A stretch of 64,000 nt of DNA from Paraspadella gotoi. Lineage: Eukaryota > Animalia > Chaetognatha. Below the pieces are notes generated by a model that had not been told where the DNA came from, did no database searches, and worked only from the letters and a program-made list of their open reading frames with translations. Numbering within the stretch: position 1 is the stretch's first letter; every line of letters begins with the position of its first letter. This document shows, piece after piece, positions 34,063 through 46,655 of this stretch. The stretch spans positions 14,315,694-14,379,693 of the forward strand of contig CM119267.1 of the NCBI GenBank assembly GCA_051294375.1, in the 5' to 3' direction. A program made the position numbers and the translations under genes.

Positions 34063-34800
34063 ATGTCCCAAAAAAGTTTAAAAATCAAAGATGACTTGGA
34101 GAAGTTTGAGGAAGATTCTTTACTCTCTCAGCGATCTCCTTTCTCATCCCAGGAATCGGGAGAGCTTTCGCAGCACGACTCAGATTCGGGACTTTCGTGT
34201 TCGATGCCCAATAATGATGTGAAACAGATTTCCTCTCCAAAAACGTCTTACATTAAAGACGACCCCGGTTCATCGCAAACCGGTTCGGACATTCTCGAAG
34301 AAATGGAAGCTTTTGTCAAAGTTTTGCGTAAAAAACGAGCTGACCTTCGAATCAGCCAAAGAAAGTTTGCTCAAAAGATGAAAATAATTCATCCAAACAT
34401 CTCACAATCGACGGTTTGTCGATTTGAAGGCCTCGAGCTGTCTTATCGAAATATGGCAACGCTGAAGCCGTTCTTTGAGACCGGCCTTTCGATCCTCGAA
34501 AAGGGATACTTGTCATCTGATAAAAGAATCCAACTATCTAGCAAAGCCCCGAAAAAGAGAAAATGTCGAACCGTGTTGACACAGAATTTGTCAATGTCTC
34601 TCGAAAAGGCGTTTAAGGCGAATGCCCGACCTTCGTCTGAAGAAATAGTTGTCATTGCAACTCACTGCGATTTGGATTACGACGTCGTTTACAATTGGTT
34701 CCTCAACAAAAGATCCGGATTAAGAAATAAGAATGAAAAGAAAATGAAGCATTGTATTTGTAATTGCCAAAGCGATGATTGTCAATTCTGCGAACTATAA
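34063..34800 (+). CDS. Divergent POU-domain homeobox transcription factor
   Basis: POU-specific domain EEMEAFVKVLRKKRADLRISQ...ISQSTVCRFEGLELSYRNMATLKP and homeodomain KKRKCRT...LEKAF....RPS.EEI...VVYNWFLNKRS. ATG follows ttttttttcag|gcacc. Confidence 0.88.
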   Translation: MSQKSLKIKDDLEKFEEDSLLSQRSPFSSQESGELSQHDSDSGLSCSMPNNDVKQISSPKTSYIKDDPGSSQTGSDILEEMEAFVKVLRKKRADLRISQRKFAQKMKIIHPNISQSTVCRFEGLELSYRNMATLKPFFETGLSILEKGYLSSDKRIQLSSKAPKKRKCRTVLTQNLSMSLEKAFKANARPSSEEIVVIATHCDLDYDVVYNWFLNKRSGLRNKNEKKMKHCICNCQSDDCQFCEL

Positions 34801-34964
34801 CAAGATATGTTGGGGTTAATTTTCGATTATTGTATTCAAAATTTCAATATTGCTAAAGCAAAACATTAGTTGTTTTTTTTGAACGACTTTCATTAGTTCG
34901 AGTTTAAAAATACGAATGATTTCGATATGTACCTTTTTTTCTTTTTTCAGTTACAGTCCAGACA

Positions 34965-35703
34965 ATGATAATGCCTCTAGTCGATCCGACTGAGACGGAC
35001 CATCCTTACGCATTAAGCACGTGGGAGGGACGCTTTCCATGCGTCATTCCAGGAGACGGGGTCAATGACTTGTTACGAGTTAAGGCGCCGAAAAGTTACT
35101 GGCTCGCGCTTGAATCCCAATACCCCGACTATTTCAACCAATACGGATTTTCCCCAATCGAGGTGCTTCGAAGGCAGCTCTATGGATCTAACGGATGTCC
35201 GCCGCTCGGTGAATCCTTCACGACAAGGGTTCGAAGAACGATTAGGTACGAGGGGTATATTTTTAAATCCTTCAAATCATTCAATTTTAAGTTTACGAAT
35301 TTTTAATTATTTTTTCAGCGCGCTTCGAAAAACTTTTTACGACACCGACTGGCACGAAAAATCAGACTTCAAGAATGATTTAATGTGGATTAGCATAAAG
35401 CGGCATGACTTTCTTTACCCGGCTCAAGTTGATTTTCCCAACTACGTGACACCGCCCCCTCGGTTTGGGCCCAAACCCCATCCTTCCGCCATGAAAGAAC
35501 ATATTCCAAACTACGACCCAGGAAAAGATCCCGAACCCGCGGACGAGTTCGAGTGGGAGGCGATGTTAGGAATTCCTCAAATCGGTTGCGAGTCCGTGGT
35601 CGCCGACGAGCATTGTCAAGTTAGCAATGAAGGCGTCGGTCAGATCGTTCACTATTACGACAGTGACATAACTGAGGGCATAAACTTTGTTGACTCTGCG
35701 TAG
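34965..35703 (+). CDS. Uncharacterised two-exon protein, about 220 aa
   Basis: Exons 34965-35245 (alternative donor at 35255) and 35319-35703 join in phase 2. Strong upstream acceptor ttttttcttttttcag ends at 34950. Confidence 0.65.
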
Positions 35704-36828
35704 TGCGAATTAAACTCTGTAATCGGGTATTATATTAATGTTAGTGTAAAAATTAATTTCAGATTATATCTGATCATTTTTATGATTAAATAAACTAATA
35801 TACAATGATTGTTTTGTATAAAACATTGAACAACGTGATTCTTTACAGTTTAAAGTACCTTATTTCAATTAATAGTTTGAATCAAATATTTTTAAGCGTT
35901 TTCCTAGAGCTTAAAAACGTAGTGCCACAGAAAGATAAATTTGGTGCATTTTTTTTTTAAATTCTTTGGAATGCCGCTGATGTATATTTTATACCTCTTA
36001 TGTTGTCTTTTTAAATATTGATTATTTTTAACAATCGCTCAGTCCAAAAAAAAACTATTTGCCCTTATCAATGTGGATTATGGAGGTTCGTAAACTTGGT
36101 CTGAAAGCTTCGATACTTTATCTTCATCCTCATTGACCTACTCGCCGAATTCATTGCAGACCTTTGATGTGGCCGCCGATCAATTAGAACCTAAGATATT
36201 TAACGCTTTACCCTTTACGGTCGTAGAGTTTTGGCGGATTTCGAGCTCTACTACTTTAGTTTTTATCTATTTTCAGATTAAAAGCCGGCTTGTGAAAAGT
36301 TATTTTCTGTCCTTTCCTAATTTGCTTGCTAATGTTCGCATGAGATTTACGTACGACTACTAAGTAAAAATATTACTGGATGACAGTCGTCAAAATAGTG
36401 TAGATGTTCCAGAATATTTTTTTTACATTGTAAAGTATCAATAAAAGTTATAATGCTCTGGGTAACCTTTCAATGAGCAAAGTTATCATTTTTATTTATC
36501 TGTGGATGTATTATCAGAACAAAATATCAAACCAGTCCAAAAAAAAAATTCAAGATTTTGTTGAAATGAAAGATATTGCATTATCACATTATGCAACAAC
36601 TTAAGCTCTGGTTTACTTTATTGGGATCAATCTTTGTCACTGCTTGCCAAGAACCATTTTTTCCATAAATCTGATAAAAAATATTATGCCAAAATTATAA
36701 TATTAACAATAATGTGAGTAGTCCTCTTGATCAAAAGAGGTGAAAACAGTTGGAGACAACCTCTTTTGGAATTTGATTGTATTAAATATTTTTATGTTGT
36801 TGAAAAATAATCTTTTTATATCTCTCTC

Positions 36829-37276
36829 NNNNNNNNNNNNNNNNNNNNNNNNNNNNNNNNNNNNNNNNNNNNNNNNNNNNNNNNNNNNNNNNNNNNNNNN
36901 NNNNNNNNNNNNNNNNNNNNNNNNNNNNNNNNNNNNNNNNNNNNNNNNNNNNNNNNNNNNNNNNNNNNNNNNNNNNNNNNNNNNNNNNNNNNNNNNNNNN
37001 NNNNNNNNNNNNNNNNNNNNNNNNNNNNNNNNNNNNNNNNNNNNNNNNNNNNNNNNNNNNNNNNNNNNNNNNNNNNNNNNNNNNNNNNNNNNNNNNNNNN
37101 NNNNNNNNNNNNNNNNNNNNNNNNNNNNNNNNNNNNNNNNNNNNNNNNNNNNNNNNNNNNNNNNNNNNNNNNNNNNNNNNNNNNNNNNNNNNNNNNNNNN
37201 NNNNNNNNNNNNNNNNNNNNNNNNNNNNNNNNNNNNNNNNNNNNNNNNNNNNNNNNNNNNNNNNNNNNNNNNNNNN
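36829..37276. other. Assembly gap (N run); smaller gaps at ~29437-29446 and ~52002-52026
   Basis: Runs of n in the sequence. Confidence 0.97.
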
Positions 37277-37670
37277 CAGGTACTTTGGAAGTGAATAATC
37301 ATATTAAAAAAGCTAACATTTTTTTTTCATTTTTTAAAATTTTTTAAAATTTTCAATAATTATGCATGGTTTGAAGATGCATGGTTTATCGTTTTACTTC
37401 CATTTTTCCCAAATTCTATCCAAATCTGACATCCTCTTGTGTCATAAAGTGATATTTTCTGTGGTAATACTATGATGAAAAAAAATTTGTCGCGGTTACT
37501 TTCCATGCTTTTTGGAATGAGTTATCCAAAAAAAATTTTTATTTTTTTCATATCTATATTTTTTATTATACTAATTTCCTGGTTTTTTTATTGCTTTTGA
37601 GTATACCTGTAGCGGTAGTATTTCATACCCCGCTACTCGTTCTAGAATCAGCAGCACTATAGCGCCGGAG

Positions 37671-37925
37671 CACAGAGGCTCGAATTATAACACACCCTGC
37701 AAAATTCCCTAACACATTCGCCCTGGCCTAATCAAGTATACACCAGAGGCTCGAATTATAAGCACCACTCTGCAATTTCCCTTACTCCTCATTCGCGACC
37801 TGCCAATCAGTATACACAGAGGCTCGAATTATAAGCACCACCTGCAAAATTCCTACTCCTCATTCGTCTGCCATCAAGTATATATCAAAATCCAGAACTC
37901 CTCATCGCCCTGCCAATCAAGTATC
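37671..37925. repeat. About 70-bp tandem repeat, 3-4 units (copy at ~57714-57970)
   Basis: Recurring cagaggctcgaattataagcaccac.ctgcaa....tcctcattcg.ctgccaatcaagtata. Confidence 0.8.
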
Positions 37926-38994
37926 GCGGAGGTAGCACGAGCTCCTCCCAACCCAAAGGATTCGGGTTCGCGCCCTGCTGATTCACACAAGTAAAAATTG
38001 GAGGGGGCGTTTAACCCACCTGTAGTGACGGACTACAGCCCGATCCGAAGTTCAGGACCTTGTGTGCTACGGATGGTAAACTGCTTGCGGCATCGTCTTC
38101 CACATTGGTGAGCCCACACGTATATGCTGGCTCGTTAATACACCTCTGCCCGGGATGTTAATGCACCTCTGTGCATCAACTCCATTAAGATAGATCAGGA
38201 TGAATCTTAAATTCATATATCAAAAAAAGACTTATTAAAAAAACTTAATATTGTAGATGCTTCAGAATATTTTTTTTTATATTATAAGTAATAATAAAAG
38301 TTATAAGGGTCTGGGCAACCTTTCTGTGAGCAAGTTATCATTTTTATTTACCTCTGGATGTATTAAACTATTCAAAAAAAAAATAAAGATTTTTGTGAAG
38401 TAAAAGACAATGCATCATCACATTATGCAGCATATAATTCAAGCCTGGATTACTTTATAGGGATCAATCTTTAAACTGCATGCCATAAACATTTTTTTCC
38501 CGAAATCTGATAAAAAATATATCAGGATATAATATTACCAATAATGTAAATCGTCCTCTTGATTAAAAGAATGAAAACAGTTGGAGACAACCTCTTTGGA
38601 AGTATTTGTATACATTAAATTTTTATGCTGTTGAGAAGTATTTTTTTATCAGTCCTAAGGAGCTCATATTATGTTAAAACTTATTTAACGGTCAAAAATA
38701 CATTGACAATGAAATTAACCGACTTCTCCAACCGCGACAATTTTTTTTTCCATCATGGTAAAATACGTTTTTGTGGAAGAGTAAACGTCTTTTTAACTGT
38801 TCAAAACAAAAATAATATAATTTTTGCCCCTATGGGGACCCCCCGGGGCCATTTCTCGCTGTCAATAGTCCATTTATATCCTCCATTAAGATTCTGTGTA
38901 AAATTTCATGAAATTGTCGGGTAGTTTAATGGGAACAGGGTCTGGTCACAAAAAACGGGTACTGTGGCGAATCGCTAAATTCGCCTCCCTATAG

Positions 38995-39180
38995 CTTAGT
39001 GAAACTCAACTCGTGCCCATTGGCTTGGACAGTGTTCACCAACCATGAGTCCGGTTCAATCCCCTCACGGTCAAGAAGGTTTAAGTGTTATGGCGTCGGC
39101 ATAAACACGTCAGTGACATGGGGTGGTCAATGTAGGTCCAAAGCCCTAGCGCCAGCTGTTGGGAGATTTAAACTTTTTTA
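38995..39180 (+). mobile_element. tRNA-derived SINE-like element (copy at ~59095-59290)
   Basis: B-box-like ggttcaatccc at 39053, GC-rich body, T-rich end; no complete cloverleaf. Confidence 0.45.
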
Positions 39181-40989
39181 TAAATTGAAATTTAGTTTTT
39201 TGTTATGGGGTAAGATGGACTTGTTGTAGTAGATAGATCCGAGAAACTCCATCCGAAAAATAGTAGTAGAGTGGTTGGGATGAAAAATGCCATGCGCCAA
39301 TAAAAAATGGGCACTCCAAAAGCTTTCGGGAATTCGATGTTTAAATCGATTTCATTTACAAATCAGACCTATTTAATTCGCAAATCAAATCACTATAAAA
39401 CAATGCAAAAGATTCTAAAGATAATGGGTAATTATATGACATGATATAACATGTAAAAATTAACATTCTAAATCCAATGTTGCTAGCGGATAATGCGAAC
39501 ACCTAAGATTGGCCCCAAAGCTACAGATTTAACCCACAGCTCCCCATAGTCCCTATTTTGCCCCGGGAAGTGACCAGTTTTTAAACAAAATTCAGTACTT
39601 TAATGCGGTTTACAAGTAATTAAAAAAACTCATAAAATAATTACACAAGACATAGTTCTATACATGTAATAAACGAAAAAACCGGTAATGGTAAAAAATA
39701 TAATATAATATAACCATAATGGAAACCGGACTGTCAAGACTCGTTATCAAATTTGGTTATATGTACAAAAATGTTTTTCTTTTCTCCCAGAAATGAAATT
39801 TTATCGAGCCTTTTTATCCCGGTCATTTAAAAACATTTACAGTCACAACCTTGGACGAATGTGGATATGAGCCGACTTTTGCAATTCAGAAAACGTTAGT
39901 CAATGATCACTTGTATCCACTTTCCGGTCGCGACATCGTTCTCCTGGTAGAGCATGACCCGTTTACACGATTGTCTACGTGGACCAGCTTACTCGCACGA
40001 GGATCAGTTGAGGCTCGAAGCTCTTGGAGCGGAATTCTATCGAGCAACCGGTGCGGACTGATCACTTTTCACGGTCCCGTCAACGTGGTTGTTTATCCAA
40101 TTTTAAATCTGAAAAAATCCTCCCTTTGAGCCTCGATCCGCGATATGTTTGCCTTCTGGAAAATACCTATTATTAAACTTTGCTCATCTTTATGGAGTCA
40201 AAGCTAAAAGGACCGAACACACAGAATCTGGTGGGAATAATAAAATAGCAGCCATCGGGGTTCACAATAAGCGAGGCGTTGTTTTCCATGGTTTAGGCCC
40301 TCAATTGTATGTCGAGCTAAATGGTACGATCACATTGTTCTTGCGGAATTAGCGACCTACTAAATGGTCACTTCATTGTCGCGAGAGACCCGCGAAAAAC
40401 TGACTGGTTAAACAAATTAATACCCAATACCTTAAATGTTTCGAAGAGTTTTTCAATGTAGTATAATTATGATGGAAAACTTTAATTTTAATGTTTTGGA
40501 GCCTTCAATAAGAAGGCACTTAGCGAATTTGCTTTGCTCCTTTTTGACTGTTTTATGTATATTGGTTTTTGCTTTCGGGAAAGACTAGATTTTTTCTAGT
40601 TTTCAAAAAGGAAATTGTTCACTGCCGTCAGAGTTCAAAAGAAATTCGTTGTTCCTCCAGAATTGAATTAAAATACGGCAAGCACTTTCTATTGTTCCGA
40701 GTAATGCCTCACCGTTAAATTGGAAAATTGATAGCTTCTACATTGGGCATTTTGCCCTAGGCTTCACACTACTAGTATTACTCTTTTATTTACTCAGGTA
40801 CAACTACAAATAATATTAAAATGAAAAGTATCACATAAAAAACAATGTCAGACCTTGTAAGGAGTAATTTAGTCAAGTTATCGCGCATTTATAATATATT
40901 TTTTTATAAAAAAGCTTTTCTCATCGATTGTACGTATGGCTAAAGTAGATATGGCCGAAGAGAGAGTTGGAAAAATAATTCGTATTTTT

Positions 40990-43900
40990 TCGGAAATTTC
41001 CAAGTTGCTTCGCGATCTCGGAACAGCGGAAACGATGTACCCACTATGCATGCTTGGCCATCGTTGGATTCTACTCGGGAGCATTTGTTGGTCAAAGCCT
41101 TTATGGTTGTCTATGTGATAGGATCGGTCGTCGACCGTTTTACTCGTTTGTTTATTATCAGTATTGTCACAAGTATTTAATATATTTAATGTATAAAAGG
41201 GCGTCTGAGAGCGGGGATTGCCCATTTCACCGCCGTTGCATAGCTAAGGCTTCGACCCTCCGTGGTCTCTGCCTCCATGGGCTTTTTTACGTACGTAATA
41301 TCCCTCCCAGTCATACTTGCCTTGGGACCTGTATCTCTTGTCAGGGGTTGATATCAAAATTCGCATCGATAGTCCATTTATATCGTCATTAGGACTCTAT
41401 ATAAAATTTAATGATCGATCGGGTAGTTGGTGGGAACAGATTTTGGTCCACAAAAAACGGGTACCTATTTTATAATATAAAGCCTTTTGTACAGTCATTA
41501 AACTCAAATCCTATTTTTTCCCAAAATAGTATTTATTTGGCTTTCGTACCCAACTATGCCTGCTGGTGTCCGCTCGTGTCATCGCTGTCTGATTAGGCGG
41601 AGCTCGCAACTTTCCAAAGCCGTCATCGCGACGTTTCCGACGACAGCAATGTCGCCGTGGATTCTCGCTCTACGCCGTCGGTTGGAGCACTAGTGTCATG
41701 GTTGGGGCTTTAATCGGGGGAGATGTTATCGGAGCCGGTGAAAAATACCCAGCAATATTCGGCTTGGATTGTCTCGTTGTTTTTTCCGACCGCCCATACT
41801 CCTCCCCTGTTTGGTCGGTCATCCATCAACGCACTGGCGTTTGTTCTCTAGTATCTTTGCCCTGGACGAAACTAAAGGGCTGTGATCGCCAAGAAAAGAC
41901 ACAATCGCTTCGACGTAAGTCCGACAAAGGCCTAAGGTCGGACGCGAGTCGCTGGAGAAGGCCGACGATTTTAACAACAACCGCGAAAAGATAGAAAGGA
42001 GTCGCGGATGCGCAAAATATCCACCGAGTTTACAGCATTTTCAGGACGTTTCAATAAATCAGCAATCTTTAGCCCCCTTCATTCTTGTCCCGCGATCCTT
42101 CTTCGGATGGGTGGGATACCTGGCGACGTGGGAGTCGAATCTCGCCGAATCGCAATGAAGCGTGCCCCTATTGAAACATGCTGAACCGTCCGTCTTGCAT
42201 GTCTTGCGCCAAAGGGGTCCGTGATCGCCATGTGTATTACGGATTGTATTCGTTTTAAATGTTTGTTCTCGGACGAGACGACACCGGTGAGGAATCTTTT
42301 GGCTTCGAAATCCGTTGCCCAAATAACGTTTAGTAATTCTGATTTTTTCGTAACTCGCAGTCTGGGTTGGACTAATCCATTTATGGTGGACTAAATTCAC
42401 GACTAGCGAATTGGCATGTTGACGGATGCCGGCTTTTTCATTGTGTATCTTTCGCTATATCTTGCCCACTGACGCTGGAATAATCGGAGCAAAAAAAGCA
42501 TTTATTTTTGGAATGTTTGACCGTGCTCGTTACATACCATGTTTATTCGGTTAACTTGATCATTCCAGGTCAATTAATGATGGAATCTAAGGCTTTATGA
42601 TAATATAAATCATAATTGATAATTAATTGATTAAGAATATAAATTAAGAATTAACTGAAAAAACCTAAAAGTACTAAAAAAACGTGAATTTCAATATTTT
42701 TGCTTTTCAACACTCCTGGTTGCGGCGAAAAGTTTTTTTTTTAGATAAAAATTTTTAGTTGAAAGAGTTTAGAAATATTACTGTGAAACTTTAATCTCAG
42801 TTGCATATTGGAGTAAGCCATTTTATCTCAAATCTTTTATTTTGGTACCAAGGTAAATTCCCAAGGTTTTGTAAAGATATTCCAACCCGTCCTGTCAGAA
42901 GCTTGCCAGACTATCATATTATTGTCGATTCAAATGTGGTCTAATTATATAATATATATCCTTAAATTAGTACATAGAGGCTAGTGATTCAAACTTAGAA
43001 TAGTATTACATCAGAATTTATATTTATTGTTTTATACATGTATTTATATACACGTATAAATAGCCATAAGCCGACTGAAATTTAAATGTAATATATACAG
43101 CGTTAAAATTATCTATCATGAGCATAGTTATTGTATATAAAATATTTTTGTCAAAAATGCTTTCTTTTGAGGCTACTAGCCTAATTAAAAATATTATATT
43201 ACTATATAGAGCAAAATGTTTTATTTTAAAATTTTTTTAAGGATTCTGATAGAGTATAAAAGTTAACAATAAATATATTACAACTTTTAAAATTCTTACG
43301 TATTCTAAGTGAAAATATAACAAGTTGAGCAAACATGGCGAATCTGCCTATGATAATTAAGCGGTTATTAGATAATCAGATGATAAATGAGAAATTCTTT
43401 CAATTTTGATCCTAACGGATCATAACATATCGTACCATACCAAACCAGTAATCACAAACAAATGATTTTTACTATTATTATTTTCGACTCGCATTATTTT
43501 TTTAACTTGCATCATTTTTCGACTTGCATCATTTTTTTTAAATTTGCAAATTATTTCATCTTGCATCATTTTTTTTAACTTGTATCATTTTTGCAACTTG
43601 CATCATTTTTTTCACTTTAATTAATTAATTATAAATTAATTAAATAATTGAGGCATAAACAATAAAAATTCAAGTCAATTAAGTTTTTTCCATGTACGAC
43701 GGCCATCATTTTTTTTTTCATAATTTATCATATTTGAGGTTCTGATATGATAAAAATTATTTACCGACAAGATTTTGGGTAGGACCGACGGACGACAGTG
43801 AATTATAGAGTCGGAATGTTCTTATAAGCAGATCCGTCTAAAAAACTGATAAAATCATCGAAAGATGTTTTTTTTAAAGTTTTTCTTATTTTTGACACAC

Positions 43901-44690
43901 TTATCATAAAAATATTTAAAAAAGAATTTTACTTTTCACAGACAACTTTTATGAGCTATCTGAATCAGGCCTTAAAATTTAAAATATGAAGAAAAAAAAA
44001 ATTTGCTTTCAACTCGTATTCATTTTGTCAACTCGCTCGATTCCATCGAAACTTTATATCCAGCTACATCACACACTTTCCTACCCACACACAAAATTTA
44101 ATCTCAATCTATCCATCTATTTATGTTTAATTTGAGTATTATGGTTAAACTAGTAAAACATTAATTAATTATATAATATATATATAATATTATATATAAT
44201 ATTATATATATAATATGTTATAAAATATACTGTCATTCGCGATTTAATCAACTGAACATTAGTTTTATTATCATTCATTTGTAATTTGCATTAATTTTAA
44301 TAATAAGTTTGTCTACAAAACAGATCCTTCGAGAAGAACCACTTGCTGTATTACCTCGCCTTTGTCTGGATAATCTTGAAATTGGTGGCGCCCTGTCTTT
44401 TATATTCCTATCTTGTATTTGCAACAATTGCGTTCCGCGTTGTTACATAGGAATCATGAATGGGGTCGCGACAAGCATATCTATATTTTACGCGTATTTT
44501 GGGCCCTTCGTTTGCGGGATCAGTGCTTTCCTGGAGTCTTTCTCCTACGGAGGACGATCGAAAAACCATTCCCGCTAGACTATCATTTTGTGTATTTTTG
44601 TCCCGATGCGGTGTCTTTCTTGTTATGGTAGTAGCTTTCTTTCACCTCGTCGTGCGACATAAAAAGAGTAAAATCTTCAAATTCTTAATG
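40990..44690 (+). pseudogene. Disrupted MFS transporter gene, ZIFL/DHA1-like
   Basis: Fragments lie in shifting frames: GQSLYGCLCDRIGRRP (MFS motif A), GWSTSVMVGALIGG..EKYPAIF, GIMNGVATS/TRILGPSFAGSVLSWS, PFPLDYHFVYF. Several frameshifts and stops. Confidence 0.65.
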
Positions 44691-44859
44691 TTTCCATAAC
44701 TGATATTTTTCAACTATACAAACACATGGGATAAAACAAAATAATTTATACTATATTTCTATTATATTCTTGTAACCTTTTACTTTGTCTTTATTTTAAA
44801 ACCAATTTTTTTCAGGTGTGCCGCGTTTTTTGAAATAAACTTAGATTAAAACTGATGTG

Positions 44860-46480
44860 ATGAAGGCGAAGCGAAAGGTCCGGTCTTCAACGGAGGCGTG
44901 ACTTTGCGCCGAAGCAAGCCGTCTGCGGGAACGGAGTCGCGATGCAATCAATGGGAACTCGTCGTCCGGGATCCTCCGTTTACCTCACACCCTCACTTTA
45001 TTCCTCAAGGGAATTCCCACTTTCGAGTCTCCTTCGTCTCGGACGTTCCTGTTTTCGAGCACCTTCTCCCCTTTATTTCCCTTTCCGACCTCGCCGCTCT
45101 GAAATGGTGGACGAAACTGCTTACGGATTTTCCGCGAAAGTCCTACTGGAAGCACAAGCTTTCCTTTTCCTCAAAGACAATTCCGGCGGAAGGCTTTTCG
45201 CCAAGTATACGACCAACATGCGCCCAGACCATCAGCTCTACCACCGACGCCTCTACACCAACTAAAGGTCGATCTCTCCCGGTTGGAGCGAAACCTCTCC
45301 CGTCTCACTACCGTGATCTTCTGTCGCCTGCCTTCGAGTGTAACTCGGTCGCCACGGACACGACCGGTCGCTTCGTATTCGCCGCCGGTGAAAACCAGGT
45401 CGACGTTTCGCCATCGCCGAGATCGAAAGGGCGCCGTCTCAAGCTACGCCATCACGTCAATTGGAGAAAGCTACCGACTACGACGGCGTGATGAGAACGC
45501 CACCCATTCGTTCTAGTCAGTTCTGGGGGAACTGGTATTCGTGGCTCACTACGACGGCCTGGTTTTCGGTTGGAACTGGCGAGATCAGTCCCTGATCCAC
45601 ATGATTCGCGACAACGTCGAGATGGAGAGATCTCGACCACTACACGACATCCCGTCATCACGGCCATGCAGGTCAGGCAAGACAAACGGTTTCGGTCTAT
45701 GGTCGAGGACCCGTCACCGTCTACCGGTGGTGATAATCCCGAGATTTCTCCGTCGTCGGGTAAAGTCATTTTGGAGGGATACGCTTCAGTCCACGCGTCG
45801 ATATCGACGCCCATCTAGTCGTCGTCGCTTACGATCTCTCCCCGGCTACGTCCATCAAATATGCGTTTGGGACCTGGAAAAGCTGCTCCGACAAGGTTTA
45901 TCTCGGCGCCGGACGTCAAGTCACTTTGCTTCAACGCTGGCCCAGGGAAGCTGTTGGGCCGGAGCTACCAAGAATAGAGGTTTCCGCACCCTCTTCTTCA
46001 GGTACGAGGGGTTACTAATTTTTTTATTTAGTATAATTTTTCTTAGATTGAATAATGAATGGTTTTCTTTTGTCTTGCCGATTATTCAGACTTTACTTTC
46101 TTCTACCACCTTTCCTCTGTCCACAACACTTCGTCCCTTCCCGTAATTGTTTTCCCTAACTTGTTCGGCCTAATCTTTATCTTTCCAGCTGTTCGACCTA
46201 AACGACGGTCAGGCAATAGTCTCTTTCAAGACCGAAAAGGGAGACCCATCTGACCGAGAGATGGACTACATTGAGGACTTTTTCTTGGAAGGTGGGGCAT
46301 GTTTTGGACCGACTGGTGCGACAAAATCGTCTCCGGCTACACTAGCGGACCGTCGCCGTTTACAGCTTTGAGACTCTCGATCCGCACCCGACGGCCTTCC
46401 TTCAAGCGCAAACGCTTCTCTGATACGTACCGTGTTGGATCAAGACATTTCTTCGAGGAGCCTATTTGGGTTCAATCATG
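44860..46480 (+). pseudogene. Frameshifted F-box/WD40-like gene relic
   Basis: GC-rich coding-like sequence after acceptor ttttttcag (44816). VFEHLLPFISLSDLAAL is F-box-like; AHYDGLVFGWNW and QICVWDL are WD-like. No continuous frame. Confidence 0.5.
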
Positions 46481-46655
46481 AGTCTGACGTTTGCTATTCG
46501 ACTTTTTATCTCTTTCCTCTTCAAAATTTTGAAACTGTTATGAACTTTTTTTCACAATCAGTTTATGCTTACCAGTGGAGTAGTATTGTGTTCCTTTACA
46601 TTAGAAGAAAAATATTTCATAATTATTGAATTGCCCGGCCTTTTTCTTTTTTCAG

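Noticed and set aside
36703-37302. ORFs of 184-199 aa in the ORF track
   Set aside because: They are artefacts of translating through the N gap.
37671-37925. Regularly spaced repeats resembling a CRISPR array
   Set aside because: The intervening sequences are also repeated, so it is a tandem minisatellite. The context is eukaryotic and there are no cas genes.
38995-39075. Possible tRNA gene
   Set aside because: Only a B-box-like motif is present; no acceptor or anticodon stems could be built. Treated as a SINE head.
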